The position numbers and the translations under genes were made by a program. Under the pieces are notes generated by a model, which was not told the origin of the DNA, ran no database searches, and saw only the letters and a list, made by a program, of their open reading frames with translations. Shown here one piece after another: positions 47,927 through 56,044 of a stretch of 64,000 bases of DNA (position 1 is its first letter; each line of letters starts with the position of its first letter). This DNA is from Chlamydiia bacterium (GTDB taxonomy: Bacteria > Chlamydiota > Chlamydiia > Chlamydiales > Simkaniaceae). The DNA lies in the NCBI GenBank assembly GCA_022601645.1, contig JAJACH010000002.1, forward strand, positions 445,696 through 509,695, read 5' to 3'.

Positions 47927-49584
47927 TTCTTACCCTTATCCTTCGCAGATTGTACGCGGTAGCTCGCGCGGTGTTTTTTCGTAAGTTCTGGGGATAAGAT
48001 ATTAATCTCAAAGCGCCTTCCTTGCAAGGCCGCAGCGAGCTCTGCCACATTTTGATTAAAGACTTCAATTGCTTCAGGGGTTCCTTGAAACTGGAGGTTA
48101 TACGAGCCACGTGCGGTATCACTTTGTGTTAAAACAATACTCGAGCCGTCAAAAACAGATCCGGGAATAGAGACTTGGACGGTTGTGGTGGTTTGGCCTG
48201 TCGCTTTCATGACGGTGATGACCCCAGCGCACCGGTTGATGATCTCGTCCATCTCACTTGGCATGAGAGTCCGGGCGGCTTGCTGGACGGGTTCAACGCC
48301 TGGAATGGCTGTATCAAACCCTGTAATAGGGGTGATCCCCTCCATTCCAACGCCTCTTGTTGCCGCATAGGCTTGGGCGTCTTGTTGATCGTCTTGCTCT
48401 TGATCTCCTTTATCCGAATCGCCTTCATGCTTGTCTGTTTCAAGATTTGAAACAGGATCTGTGTGACCGGCAGCCGTTTTCACGGGGCCATGCTGCTCAC
48501 CTTTTTTACCAGTATGTTGCTCAGTGTGAGCTGAGGCAGCGGCAACGGGGGCAGCGGCGGCTTGTTCTTTTTGCGTAGCCTCCGGCATCCCAGCTTTTTG
48601 CACGTCTTCTGGTTTTGCCTGAGGGGTTTTCGCCTTAACTTCAGTAGGTTCAAGGCCTTTTTTAGCCTGACGGGCTTCTTCAAGCTTCTTTTGTTTTGCA
48701 ATGAACCGTTTTTGCTTGAGAGTCATTTTTTTCGGTTTCATCTCACCGAGCATAAACTCTTCGACAGCGCCTTTTTCCCCTTTTTTCTCCCCTTTCTTTT
48801 CGACCTTTTTATCTTCAGGGGTACTTTGCTGATTGGGATCGTTCTCTTTTTGCTCTTGGCCTTGGACAGGTTGCCCTTGAGATGAGACATCATCAGATTG
48901 CTCAGGGGGCTGTCCTTCTTGTTGTGGCTGCCCAGGTTGATTAACAGGTGGAGGCTCAGCTGGCAAAGTAGGTTCGGGAGGAAGTGGTGGAGCCTCAGGT
49001 TCTGGTGGTGGCGGGGCTGCGTGTTGTTCTGGCGGTTCGACTGGAGTTGATTGAGCCTCGGTAGGCACCGATTCTGGAGGAGTAACATCCTGATTCGGCA
49101 CCGCTTTTGGAGCCGCTGTTTCTGGAGCTTCACTTCCAAGAGGGGTTTCTGCTGCGGGTTCTTCCCCATATTGAATGTCAGCGGATGGACCGCCCCAATA
49201 ATCTTCTTCAGAGACAGTCGGGGCATAAGCACTCTTTCCGCTTGTCGCGCCTTCTTCTCTTGACGTTCCCAAATTGCGTTTTGCACTTACACCCTCACCG
49301 GCATCGAGTTCAGAAGACTCAAGATCAGCGCCTGAAACCACATCTCTAAAAGCAACCTCAGCTTGAGGCCCTTCTGGTGCGGCAATTTTCTTTTGATCTT
49401 CTTTTTCTTCTTCAGCTTGCTTAGATTTCTTATTTTTTTTCGGGTCGTGCTTTTGTTCTTCTTCTGTCTCACCGACTTTCAGATACTTTTCACGAAAAAC
49501 TTCGGGATCACGCGTGTCTTGAAGCTTTTTAGGGGAGGGGAGTTCTTGTTTAATCCCTTTGATCTTATCGATATCACCGGTCAT
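47923..49584 (-). CDS. cdsP: T3SS needle-length ruler-like protein SctP (CdsP-like), Pro/Glu/Lys-rich
   Basis: It occupies the position after cdsO. It has a long low-complexity region (PPPPEPEAPPLPPEPTLPAEPPPVNQPGQPQQ) and a C-terminal T3S4-like domain. ATGA overlap with cdsO. Confidence 0.6.
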   Translation of the reverse strand: MTGDIDKIKGIKQELPSPKKLQDTRDPEVFREKYLKVGETEEEQKHDPKKNKKSKQAEEEKEDQKKIAAPEGPQAEVAFRDVVSGADLESSELDAGEGVSAKRNLGTSREEGATSGKSAYAPTVSEEDYWGGPSADIQYGEEPAAETPLGSEAPETAAPKAVPNQDVTPPESVPTEAQSTPVEPPEQHAAPPPPEPEAPPLPPEPTLPAEPPPVNQPGQPQQEGQPPEQSDDVSSQGQPVQGQEQKENDPNQQSTPEDKKVEKKGEKKGEKGAVEEFMLGEMKPKKMTLKQKRFIAKQKKLEEARQAKKGLEPTEVKAKTPQAKPEDVQKAGMPEATQKEQAAAAPVAAASAHTEQHTGKKGEQHGPVKTAAGHTDPVSNLETDKHEGDSDKGDQEQDDQQDAQAYAATRGVGMEGITPITGFDTAIPGVEPVQQAARTLMPSEMDEIINRCAGVITVMKATGQTTTTVQVSIPGSVFDGSSIVLTQSDTARGSYNLQFQGTPEAIEVFNQNVAELAAALQGRRFEINILSPELTKKHRASYRVQSAKDKGKK

Positions 49585-50078
49585 TTTTCCTCCCGCTTTT
49601 TCTTTGAATGCATCGCAGAACCGAGCTCATCCGATTCGATCGCTTCAGCTCGACGCTCTTCTATGCGCATCTCTTTTTCCCAGTCTTTTCGATGCATATT
49701 CATTTTCTCAAGCTCAGACTGTTTACGTAGCATGTTTTGTCTTGCTACCTCAACTTCTGCCTCAGCCTCTTTGACTTTTACTTCTTGCGCTTTGACAGCC
49801 TCTTCTTTTTTGACAAGTTCGACATCAACCGTTTTAAGGTATTCTTTCATCGCGATGATTTTATCAGTTGACTCACCTTCATCCATTTTATTGCGTAGCT
49901 CTGAGAGTTTATCTTCTCGATGGAGTTTGGTTTTATCGCGCTCTTCTTCAACTTTTTTTAACGCTTCTTTCTCATTTTCAAGTCTTTCTTTCGCTTCTTT
50001 AAGTGCTTTCTCAGCTTCTTCTAAGCGACGTTTTTTAATGAGAACGAGTTGTTCAAGTGGGTACTTTTCTTTAGTCAT
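49581..50078 (-). CDS. cdsO: T3SS stalk protein SctO (CdsO)
   Basis: 165-aa highly charged coiled-coil protein immediately downstream of the ATPase gene (ATGA overlap), as for YscO/CT670. Confidence 0.7.
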   Translation of the reverse strand: MTKEKYPLEQLVLIKKRRLEEAEKALKEAKERLENEKEALKKVEEERDKTKLHREDKLSELRNKMDEGESTDKIIAMKEYLKTVDVELVKKEEAVKAQEVKVKEAEAEVEVARQNMLRKQSELEKMNMHRKDWEKEMRIEERRAEAIESDELGSAMHSKKKREEK

Positions 50079-51385
50079 CTAAAGAGGGTCTTTAGTTGTT
50101 GCACGGTCTCTTCAAACGTGCTTTTTTCTTCAACTTTTTGTTTTAAGAAGCGATTGACCTTGTCGACGTATTTGATCGCAAAGTCAGCAGCCTTATCAGA
50201 GCCGGGCTTATATTCCCCAATGCGGATCAAAAGTTCGTTTTTCTTGTAGTTAGCGAGAACCTCGCGGATTTGACCGATAAGACCGAGTTGCTCTTCATCG
50301 ACAATGGAGGATAGAATACGACTTGCCGAGCCGAGAACATCGATGGCTGGAAAGTGATATTGCCTAGCAAGTTCTGCGGATAAAATAATGTGACCATCTA
50401 AAATGGAGCGGACTTCATCAGCTACCGGTTCATTCATGTCATCCCCGGCAACAAGAATGGTATAAAAGGCTGTGATCGATCCTTTGTCGGAGTTTCCTGA
50501 ACGCTCGAGTAACTTGGGCAGTGTGGCGAAAACAGAAGGTGTAAATCCAGCACGAGCAGGAGGCTCACCAGCAGCGAGACCAATCTCTCTTAAGGCTCTG
50601 GCAAAACGGGTCACAGAATCCATCATTAAGATAACAGTTTTTCCCTGATCGCGGAAATATTCGGCAATGGCTGTTCCGACATATGCCGCGTTGAGTCTTA
50701 GCTGAGCTGCTTGGTCAGATGTTGAGACAATAATGCATGAACGAGCAAGGCCTTCATCACCAAGCGAGTGCTCAATAAATTCGCGTACCTCACGACCCCT
50801 TTCCCCAATAAGCGAGATCACATTGATATCTGCTTGTGCATAGCGAGCAATCATACCAAGGAGCGTTGACTTACCACCACCGGCTGCCGCGAAAATCCCC
50901 ATTCTTTGACCGCGCCCCACCGTGAGAGCTCCGTCGATGGCGCGAACCCCAACAGGAAGAGGGGATTCGATCATTTCTCTATGGAGAGGATTTGGCGGCG
51001 GATTTAAAACAGAAAAAGGCAGAGTGTTTTCTAAAGGACCTTTGCCGTCGATAGGTTGGCCAAGACCATTAAGCACGCGGCCTAGAACACTATCGCCAAC
51101 TTGGATGTGAATCGGAAGGCGCATCGGAATAACTTCTGAGGAAGGACCAATGCCTGACATTTCACCGAGAGGGGAGAGATAGACTTCTTCTTTTGTGAAA
51201 CCGACCACCTCAGCAAAAAGAGGTTCGCCTTCGCGTTTGATCATGCAAGCTTCGCCCATTTGCACCTGAGGAACAATGGCTTTGATGAGCATACCGACAA
51301 CTTCAGTGATTCTACCGTGTACAGTTGTGAGCTCAACGTCTTCGAGCTTGCCAAGGAGATTGTCGAAGTCCCCGTTATCATCCAT
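50075..51385 (-). CDS. cdsN: T3SS ATPase SctN (CdsN)
   Basis: F1/FliI-type ATPase with Walker A AAGGGKSTLLGMI, Walker B VILMMDSVTRFA and C-terminal helices. 436 aa. Confidence 0.95.
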   Translation of the reverse strand: MDDNGDFDNLLGKLEDVELTTVHGRITEVVGMLIKAIVPQVQMGEACMIKREGEPLFAEVVGFTKEEVYLSPLGEMSGIGPSSEVIPMRLPIHIQVGDSVLGRVLNGLGQPIDGKGPLENTLPFSVLNPPPNPLHREMIESPLPVGVRAIDGALTVGRGQRMGIFAAAGGGKSTLLGMIARYAQADINVISLIGERGREVREFIEHSLGDEGLARSCIIVSTSDQAAQLRLNAAYVGTAIAEYFRDQGKTVILMMDSVTRFARALREIGLAAGEPPARAGFTPSVFATLPKLLERSGNSDKGSITAFYTILVAGDDMNEPVADEVRSILDGHIILSAELARQYHFPAIDVLGSASRILSSIVDEEQLGLIGQIREVLANYKKNELLIRIGEYKPGSDKAADFAIKYVDKVNRFLKQKVEEKSTFEETVQQLKTLFR

Positions 51386-51387
51386 GG

Positions 51388-52044
51388 TTAAATCTGAATG
51401 TTAAAGAGGGTTTTCACATCACCAACTGCCTGTGAGAGGAGGACAGAGGTGTACTCTAATTCTTGCTGGGCTTTCGCAAGTTTGACCTGAACCATCAAAA
51501 GCTTACCGCTGTCAATCTTCCCGCCCTGTTTGTTGAGCGAGGCGATGGATTTACGAGCGCCTTGAAGTTGAGTTTGGCTATCTGCTGCCATAGCCAAAAA
51601 TTTAGCAATTGGATTTTTCTTGGACATGCCCGTTGGCATCGGTCCAACTTCAGCGCCCGCTTTTTGGGCAGCTGAACGAATCATTGCATTAGATTCGCTA
51701 AGCTTATTTCTCAAAAGATACTTTTGAGAGGGCTTTAGCTTGAGATTTTTTGTATGCAGCTGATTTTGGATGTCACCAAGCACAGAGCTGGCACTTTCCA
51801 TTTGCGCTTGAACAGATTCGTGGCTTGGAGTTCCAAGTTGCGCTTGATTCGAATTTTGTTGGGCAAGCTCAATTGGAGAAGGCTCACCTGGAGCCTTTTC
51901 TGTACCACCCACTTTTCCCGAATCGTCCATATAGTCCGAAAAGGACTTGCCGGGCATTTTCCCTTCATCCTGTGACCCACCAATCGAGCGGGTAGGATCT
52001 AGCTTGTCTACATTTGTGATATCGTCGGGAATGCCTTTAACCAT
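51388..52044 (-). CDS. T3SS-cluster hypothetical protein (positional equivalent of CT668)
   Basis: 218 aa with a polar, disordered N-half. The C-terminal helix LLMVQVKLAKAQQELEYTSVLLSQAVGDVKTLFNIQI resembles the C-termini of needle/inner-rod family proteins. Confidence 0.5.
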   Translation of the reverse strand: MVKGIPDDITNVDKLDPTRSIGGSQDEGKMPGKSFSDYMDDSGKVGGTEKAPGEPSPIELAQQNSNQAQLGTPSHESVQAQMESASSVLGDIQNQLHTKNLKLKPSQKYLLRNKLSESNAMIRSAAQKAGAEVGPMPTGMSKKNPIAKFLAMAADSQTQLQGARKSIASLNKQGGKIDSGKLLMVQVKLAKAQQELEYTSVLLSQAVGDVKTLFNIQI

Positions 52045-52050
52045 AAAATC

Positions 52051-52482
52051 TTATCCCAAATCCATTGGTGATGGTTTTGAAGTGCCTTTCTTTTCAATGA
52101 AAGTTTCCACAAAATCAATCGTTTCTTTCGCAACAGTTTTTGTGTTTTTATCACTTGCTTTTTCAGCAACTTCAGAGAGAATGTTCTTTCCATGCTCACC
52201 CATATCAGGTGTTAAGCTTAAAGCCATTCCTAAGAAAGCACGAGCCATCTCATTGTTGCCGTCTTCTTCTAAAACTTTTTCAAAAATCGCACAGGCTCTC
52301 TTCAGTTCAAGCTTGTGAAAGTGGAGATAACCTTCTCCAATTTTTGGCAAGTGATGCTCAGGTTCTAAAGCTTTTGCAGCTTCAAAAAGTTTCATTGCCG
52401 TATCTTCATCGGCTTGATTAACCGCAATGAAGCCTGCTTCACAAAGCAGGATAAAATCATCTTTAAATTTATCCAAAGACAT
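52051..52482 (-). CDS. cdsG: TPR-like needle co-chaperone (CdsG/YscG-like)
   Basis: 143-aa helical-repeat protein directly downstream of the needle gene, as for CT667. Confidence 0.6.
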   Translation of the reverse strand: MSLDKFKDDFILLCEAGFIAVNQADEDTAMKLFEAAKALEPEHHLPKIGEGYLHFHKLELKRACAIFEKVLEEDGNNEMARAFLGMALSLTPDMGEHGKNILSEVAEKASDKNTKTVAKETIDFVETFIEKKGTSKPSPMDLG

Positions 52483-52500
52483 AGTGTCTCCCTAAAACGT

Positions 52501-52752
52501 TTATTGACCCTTCTGATTTCGAATCGTTGTGTTAATCATAGAGTTGACCTGCGAAATCAAGTTTGAAATCGAGTCACCAATCTGTGTCACCTGGCTCATA
52601 CCAAATTGTAATAGTAAGAATTTACCAGGAGTTGCAGAACTAATGTGGGATGCTAAGTTCCGAACTTGAGAAACAACCGATGATTGCAACTGAATGTATC
52701 GGCTAATCAACGTGTGGAAACTAAGCGTCGCCCATTGGCTTTCTGAACCCAT
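52501..52752 (-). CDS. cdsF: T3SS needle filament protein SctF (CdsF)
   Basis: 83-aa helix-turn-helix protein. The FLLLQFGMSQVTQIGDSISNLISQVNSMINTTIRN C-terminus is typical of YscF/MxiH/PrgI family needles. Confidence 0.75.
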   Translation of the reverse strand: MGSESQWATLSFHTLISRYIQLQSSVVSQVRNLASHISSATPGKFLLLQFGMSQVTQIGDSISNLISQVNSMINTTIRNQKGQ

Positions 52753-52765
52753 ATTTTACCTCCGT

Positions 52766-53005
52766 TTACCCTTTTGAAGCTTTGTTGATCACTTTGGACA
52801 GTGCTGCATAGCCATGGAGCAAAATCCCATACTTGTCAAAATGCTCAGACCCAGCGCCTTCACGTATTAAGCCTTTCAGCTCATTTGATCGAGTGTCAAC
52901 CAAATCCATTAACATCGTGCGCTTTTTTTTGTCTTCACGTAGCTCTTTTTCCAAGTCAAACTCAAAAGGAGCTTTTTTCTTCTTACCTAAGCCAAACATA
53001 TCCAA
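52766..53005 (-). CDS. cdsE: Needle co-chaperone (CdsE/YscE-like)
   Basis: 79-aa charged helical protein immediately upstream of cdsF, as for CT665. Confidence 0.6.
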   Translation of the reverse strand: MDMFGLGKKKKAPFEFDLEKELREDKKKRTMLMDLVDTRSNELKGLIREGAGSEHFDKYGILLHGYAALSKVINKASKG

Positions 53006-53053
53006 TCCTTATCAAATTAAGCCACTTTCACTGCATAGTGCCGTGTATGTGGG

Positions 53054-54781
53054 TTATTGCTGATTGTAGTTAATCCGAAATTTTAATCCATCTTTTTCTA
53101 AATAAACGGTATTTTGCATGATTTTTGTGATCATCATACCATCTAAAGTGTCACCTCTTGAAAGTATCTTGCCATTGACCACAACGTATTGATCGATGTT
53201 ACCAAATTTAGAGGTTCCTGTCACTTTGTATTTCCCTGAAAGATCCATGACAGCACTCGAAGCATTCACAAAGATTACAAAGCTTTTAACCGTGCGCACA
53301 CCTTTTGCTTTTGAAAGTGTTGCAATCATGTCATTAAACTTTCTCTCATCTTTCTTGCTGACTCGACCAGCTAAGATCACTTCTCCGCCAGCAAGTTGGA
53401 ATGTCACATTGACAAAACCGCGCTCTAAAAGATAGGTCTGTACCTCATCCTCGAGGGTTTTTTCCACAATTACGTCGTTATTTAAGTGTTCTAAAAAGGG
53501 GAAGTTAACTGTGATATAATCATCGAGCTTAATTGCTTCATCATTACTTGCAACAAAACCGCGCAGGATGAATTTGCCAGGAGAAATAGAGGAGACCGAG
53601 ACACTACGCCACTTTGGATTTTTCATTAAAAGGGCGTTGAAATTTTCCCACACAAGTTCATCAATAATGACGTTATCATCAACTGAGCGAATAAAAGGCA
53701 GCGTTTTAATCATGTACATCAGTTCCTGATGCTCGATTTCCGTCATCACATGACCGATTAGAAAAACCTTGCCCGTTGATTTAGTTAAGTTAAAATTCAC
53801 AGACGGGAATTTATCGAGAACGTCTTGAATTTGTTTACTTTCATCGACTTTGACAATTTCAATTGCGCTCGACTTAAAGAGAGAGAACACTCCGCCAATT
53901 GCAACTAACACAAGAATTAAGAACACACAGCCGATGACAATGTGACGCATCGGGATGATTGTATCTTTCCAACTTTTCTTACCTTCAACCTCATCCGATT
54001 CTTTTTCAGGAACAACCCCAAAGTTTGAGGGAGGCGAATAAATTGTTTCCCGTTCTTCATCACGATCAATTAAAAGAAGCGTTGTCGTTCCAAGCGCAAT
54101 GACATCTTGGGATTTAAGCGCCTTTGGCTCCATCAATTTGTGGCCGTTGACTAAAACGCCATTGCGAGAGCCCAAATCTTCCACCGTAATCACCCCATCC
54201 TCACCAAGAGAAATGCGAGCATGTTGGCGAGAGACCGATAAATCCTGGAACGTAATATCAGTTGTTCCAGCATCCTTTCCAATCACATAAGTTTTTCCAG
54301 CTTCCAGGTTGAATTCTCCACCTGAATTGGGCCCGGAGATGGCTTTAACAACCCAGCGAGAAGGATCTTGGCTAAGTAATGTGAACTGATCAAGTTCTTC
54401 GTCTTCATCATAAATGGTAGGGGTTGAAGAAAGCGCTTCTTCATCTTCAAATTCGTCGTCCGTTTGAAGCGCTCCTTGTGGATCGTCATGCGTAAAGCGC
54501 ATCACAACCTCACCGATCTGAACTAAATCGCCTTCACCAAGTAGCACAGGTTCAGCAATAGGTTTTCCATTTAACTGAGCAGGATTGACAGCAGACAAGT
54601 TTTCACAAATAAAACCCTCATCTGTTAAGCGCACCATCACATGCTTTCTAGAGACCATCGGGTCTTCTAAGGCTTGGAAAACACTTTCAGGGTCTCGCCC
54701 AATCAACCACTCGTCACCTGTCTCAAAACGTATTGTAAGACCGGAAAGAGGTCCTTCTTCAACGATAAAAAATCCAGCCAT
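53054..54781 (-). CDS. cdsD: T3SS inner-membrane ring protein SctD (CdsD) with two N-terminal FHA domains
   Basis: FHA signatures WLIGRDPES...VSRKHVMV and YVIGKDAGT...VSRQHARISL, a single TM (IVIGCVFLILVLVAIGGVF) and periplasmic alpha/beta repeats. Confidence 0.8.
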   Translation of the reverse strand: MAGFFIVEEGPLSGLTIRFETGDEWLIGRDPESVFQALEDPMVSRKHVMVRLTDEGFICENLSAVNPAQLNGKPIAEPVLLGEGDLVQIGEVVMRFTHDDPQGALQTDDEFEDEEALSSTPTIYDEDEELDQFTLLSQDPSRWVVKAISGPNSGGEFNLEAGKTYVIGKDAGTTDITFQDLSVSRQHARISLGEDGVITVEDLGSRNGVLVNGHKLMEPKALKSQDVIALGTTTLLLIDRDEERETIYSPPSNFGVVPEKESDEVEGKKSWKDTIIPMRHIVIGCVFLILVLVAIGGVFSLFKSSAIEIVKVDESKQIQDVLDKFPSVNFNLTKSTGKVFLIGHVMTEIEHQELMYMIKTLPFIRSVDDNVIIDELVWENFNALLMKNPKWRSVSVSSISPGKFILRGFVASNDEAIKLDDYITVNFPFLEHLNNDVIVEKTLEDEVQTYLLERGFVNVTFQLAGGEVILAGRVSKKDERKFNDMIATLSKAKGVRTVKSFVIFVNASSAVMDLSGKYKVTGTSKFGNIDQYVVVNGKILSRGDTLDGMMITKIMQNTVYLEKDGLKFRINYNQQ

Positions 54782-54791
54782 TCACATCTTC

Positions 54792-55193
54792 CTAAATTTG
54801 CACTTGATGTTTAACCACCTCGTCGAACCAGTAATCAAGATAGTTGATAAAATCTTCGATCTTTTCCTTGAAAATCTCGTAGTTCACTTCATAAGGGATC
54901 GTAAGAGAGAGTGTCAAGAATTTCTCTTCACGATCCATTCCTATCACACAATCGCCAGTGCCCTGACCTAAAAAATTCGCCTTCATTAAGTGAATAAACA
55001 ATTCCTCTCTACGTTCACCCGGGATCTCAATGATCTGACTCCATAAATACACTCCCGGATTCATGTCTCGCATTTTCAGAAGCCTATCACCCACAGGAAG
55101 AGAAAACGTTCCCTTCTTGTCTTCAGTAGGTGGAACGCTTAAACCGAGTTCGTCCGCCAACCTATTTAACATTTGAGCGAGCATTTTTTGCAA
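54792..55193 (-). CDS. CesT/SycE-type class I T3SS chaperone (CT663/Scc4 position)
   Basis: 133-aa acidic protein with the usual class I chaperone size. It is the first gene of the cdsD operon. TTG start. Confidence 0.55.
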   Translation of the reverse strand: MQKMLAQMLNRLADELGLSVPPTEDKKGTFSLPVGDRLLKMRDMNPGVYLWSQIIEIPGERREELFIHLMKANFLGQGTGDCVIGMDREEKFLTLSLTIPYEVNYEIFKEKIEDFINYLDYWFDEVVKHQVQI

Positions 55194-55309
55194 CCTATTA
55201 ATTTAAAAGTAGTTATAATATTCGCTATATATCACAGCCCATAAATTATAAATTAATCTTTTAATTGTACACCTATATCCCATATAATGAGGGTAAGAGG
55301 AGGTATTGT

Positions 55310-55759
55310 ATGTCAGGTGAATTTGAGAAAATCATGGGTTTCTTTGACCTTTCCATGAAGGAAAAGGCGACGCGACTCGAAGATGTCTTTGAAGAATCGA
55401 TCGAATTCTTCGAAAAGTTTAAATACCTTCTAGAAAACGGCTCACCAGAAGAAAAGCGCCAAATTTTCGCTCAAATCAATAAACTGCAATCAAGGCTCCA
55501 AAAGGAGTCAGAAGATATGCAGAAGGTGACAGGTCTTAACGAGCAGCAATTAAAAGAGTTCTCGCTCAATCCAGATAACTTTAACGAAGACGAGTGGGGC
55601 ATCATCTCCAGTGCGAAGAAAAAGCTTGAGACTCAAGCAGATGAGATTAACGTTATCGTAAAAGGTCCAGAAGCCGCTGCGGAAGAGAAGAAAAAAGCCG
55701 CCAAAAAGAAGAAATCTACAGGTAAGAAGAAAAAGCGCAAAGACTGGGTCAAATCGTAA
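55310..55759 (+). CDS. Hypothetical acidic protein with a strongly basic Lys-rich tail
   Basis: The ATG at 55310 follows AGAGGAGG. The C-terminus is EEKKKAAKKKKSTGKKKKRKDWVKS. It is divergent from the T3SS chaperone gene, with TATAAT at 55283-55288. Confidence 0.55.
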   Translation: MSGEFEKIMGFFDLSMKEKATRLEDVFEESIEFFEKFKYLLENGSPEEKRQIFAQINKLQSRLQKESEDMQKVTGLNEQQLKEFSLNPDNFNEDEWGIISSAKKKLETQADEINVIVKGPEAAAEEKKKAAKKKKSTGKKKKRKDWVKS

Positions 55760-55870
55760 TCAACTAACCATCAAAGTGATGCAAGTTCGGTTTTTCAGAG
55801 TTAGCTTCTACGTAGTGATTTTTTAACCCGCTAACAGAGAGCGGGATACGTTTCTGCATTTCGTTAAAAC

Positions 55871-55899
55871 TTAAACTAAAATTAAATCTATGCTATAAT
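55871..55899 (+). promoter_or_regulatory. Sigma-70/66-type promoter P1 (TTAAAC-N17-TGcTATAAT)
   Basis: -35 TTAAAC at 55871-55876, a 17-nt spacer, and an extended -10 TGCTATAAT at 55891-55899, followed by CTAGGG. It is homologous to P2, P3 and P4. Confidence 0.5.
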
Positions 55900-55906
55900 A
55901 ATCATC

Positions 55907-56016
55907 TAGGGAAGAGAGTGTATTTAACTTCTTCCCTTAACAGTTGTCCTTTTTAGCGATCTTTTAGGCCATAACCCCCCTTTCATGTCCCTTTTCGCTA
56001 AAAAGGACTTTTTTTT
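55907..56016 (+). ncRNA. Candidate small RNA or attenuator, copy 1 (hairpin plus U-run downstream of P1)
   Basis: Perfect 14-bp stem (55946-55959 with 55995-56008) around a 35-nt loop containing AGGCCATAACCCCCCTTTCATGTCC, followed by T8 (56009-56016). The element is conserved at 57448..57560 with compensatory stem changes. Confidence 0.35.
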
Positions 56017-56044
56017 GGTTTTTTGGGGGATTTTGATGAGTTTT

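Noticed and set aside
49363-50082. 239-aa ORF on the + strand, plus several 60-180-aa ORFs in 48175..49774
   Set aside because: They are antisense or alternative-frame products of the low-complexity Pro/Glu/Lys-rich cdsP and Lys/Glu-rich cdsO coding sequences, where such repeats keep several frames open. The minus-strand genes fit the T3SS synteny and overlap by ATGA coupling.
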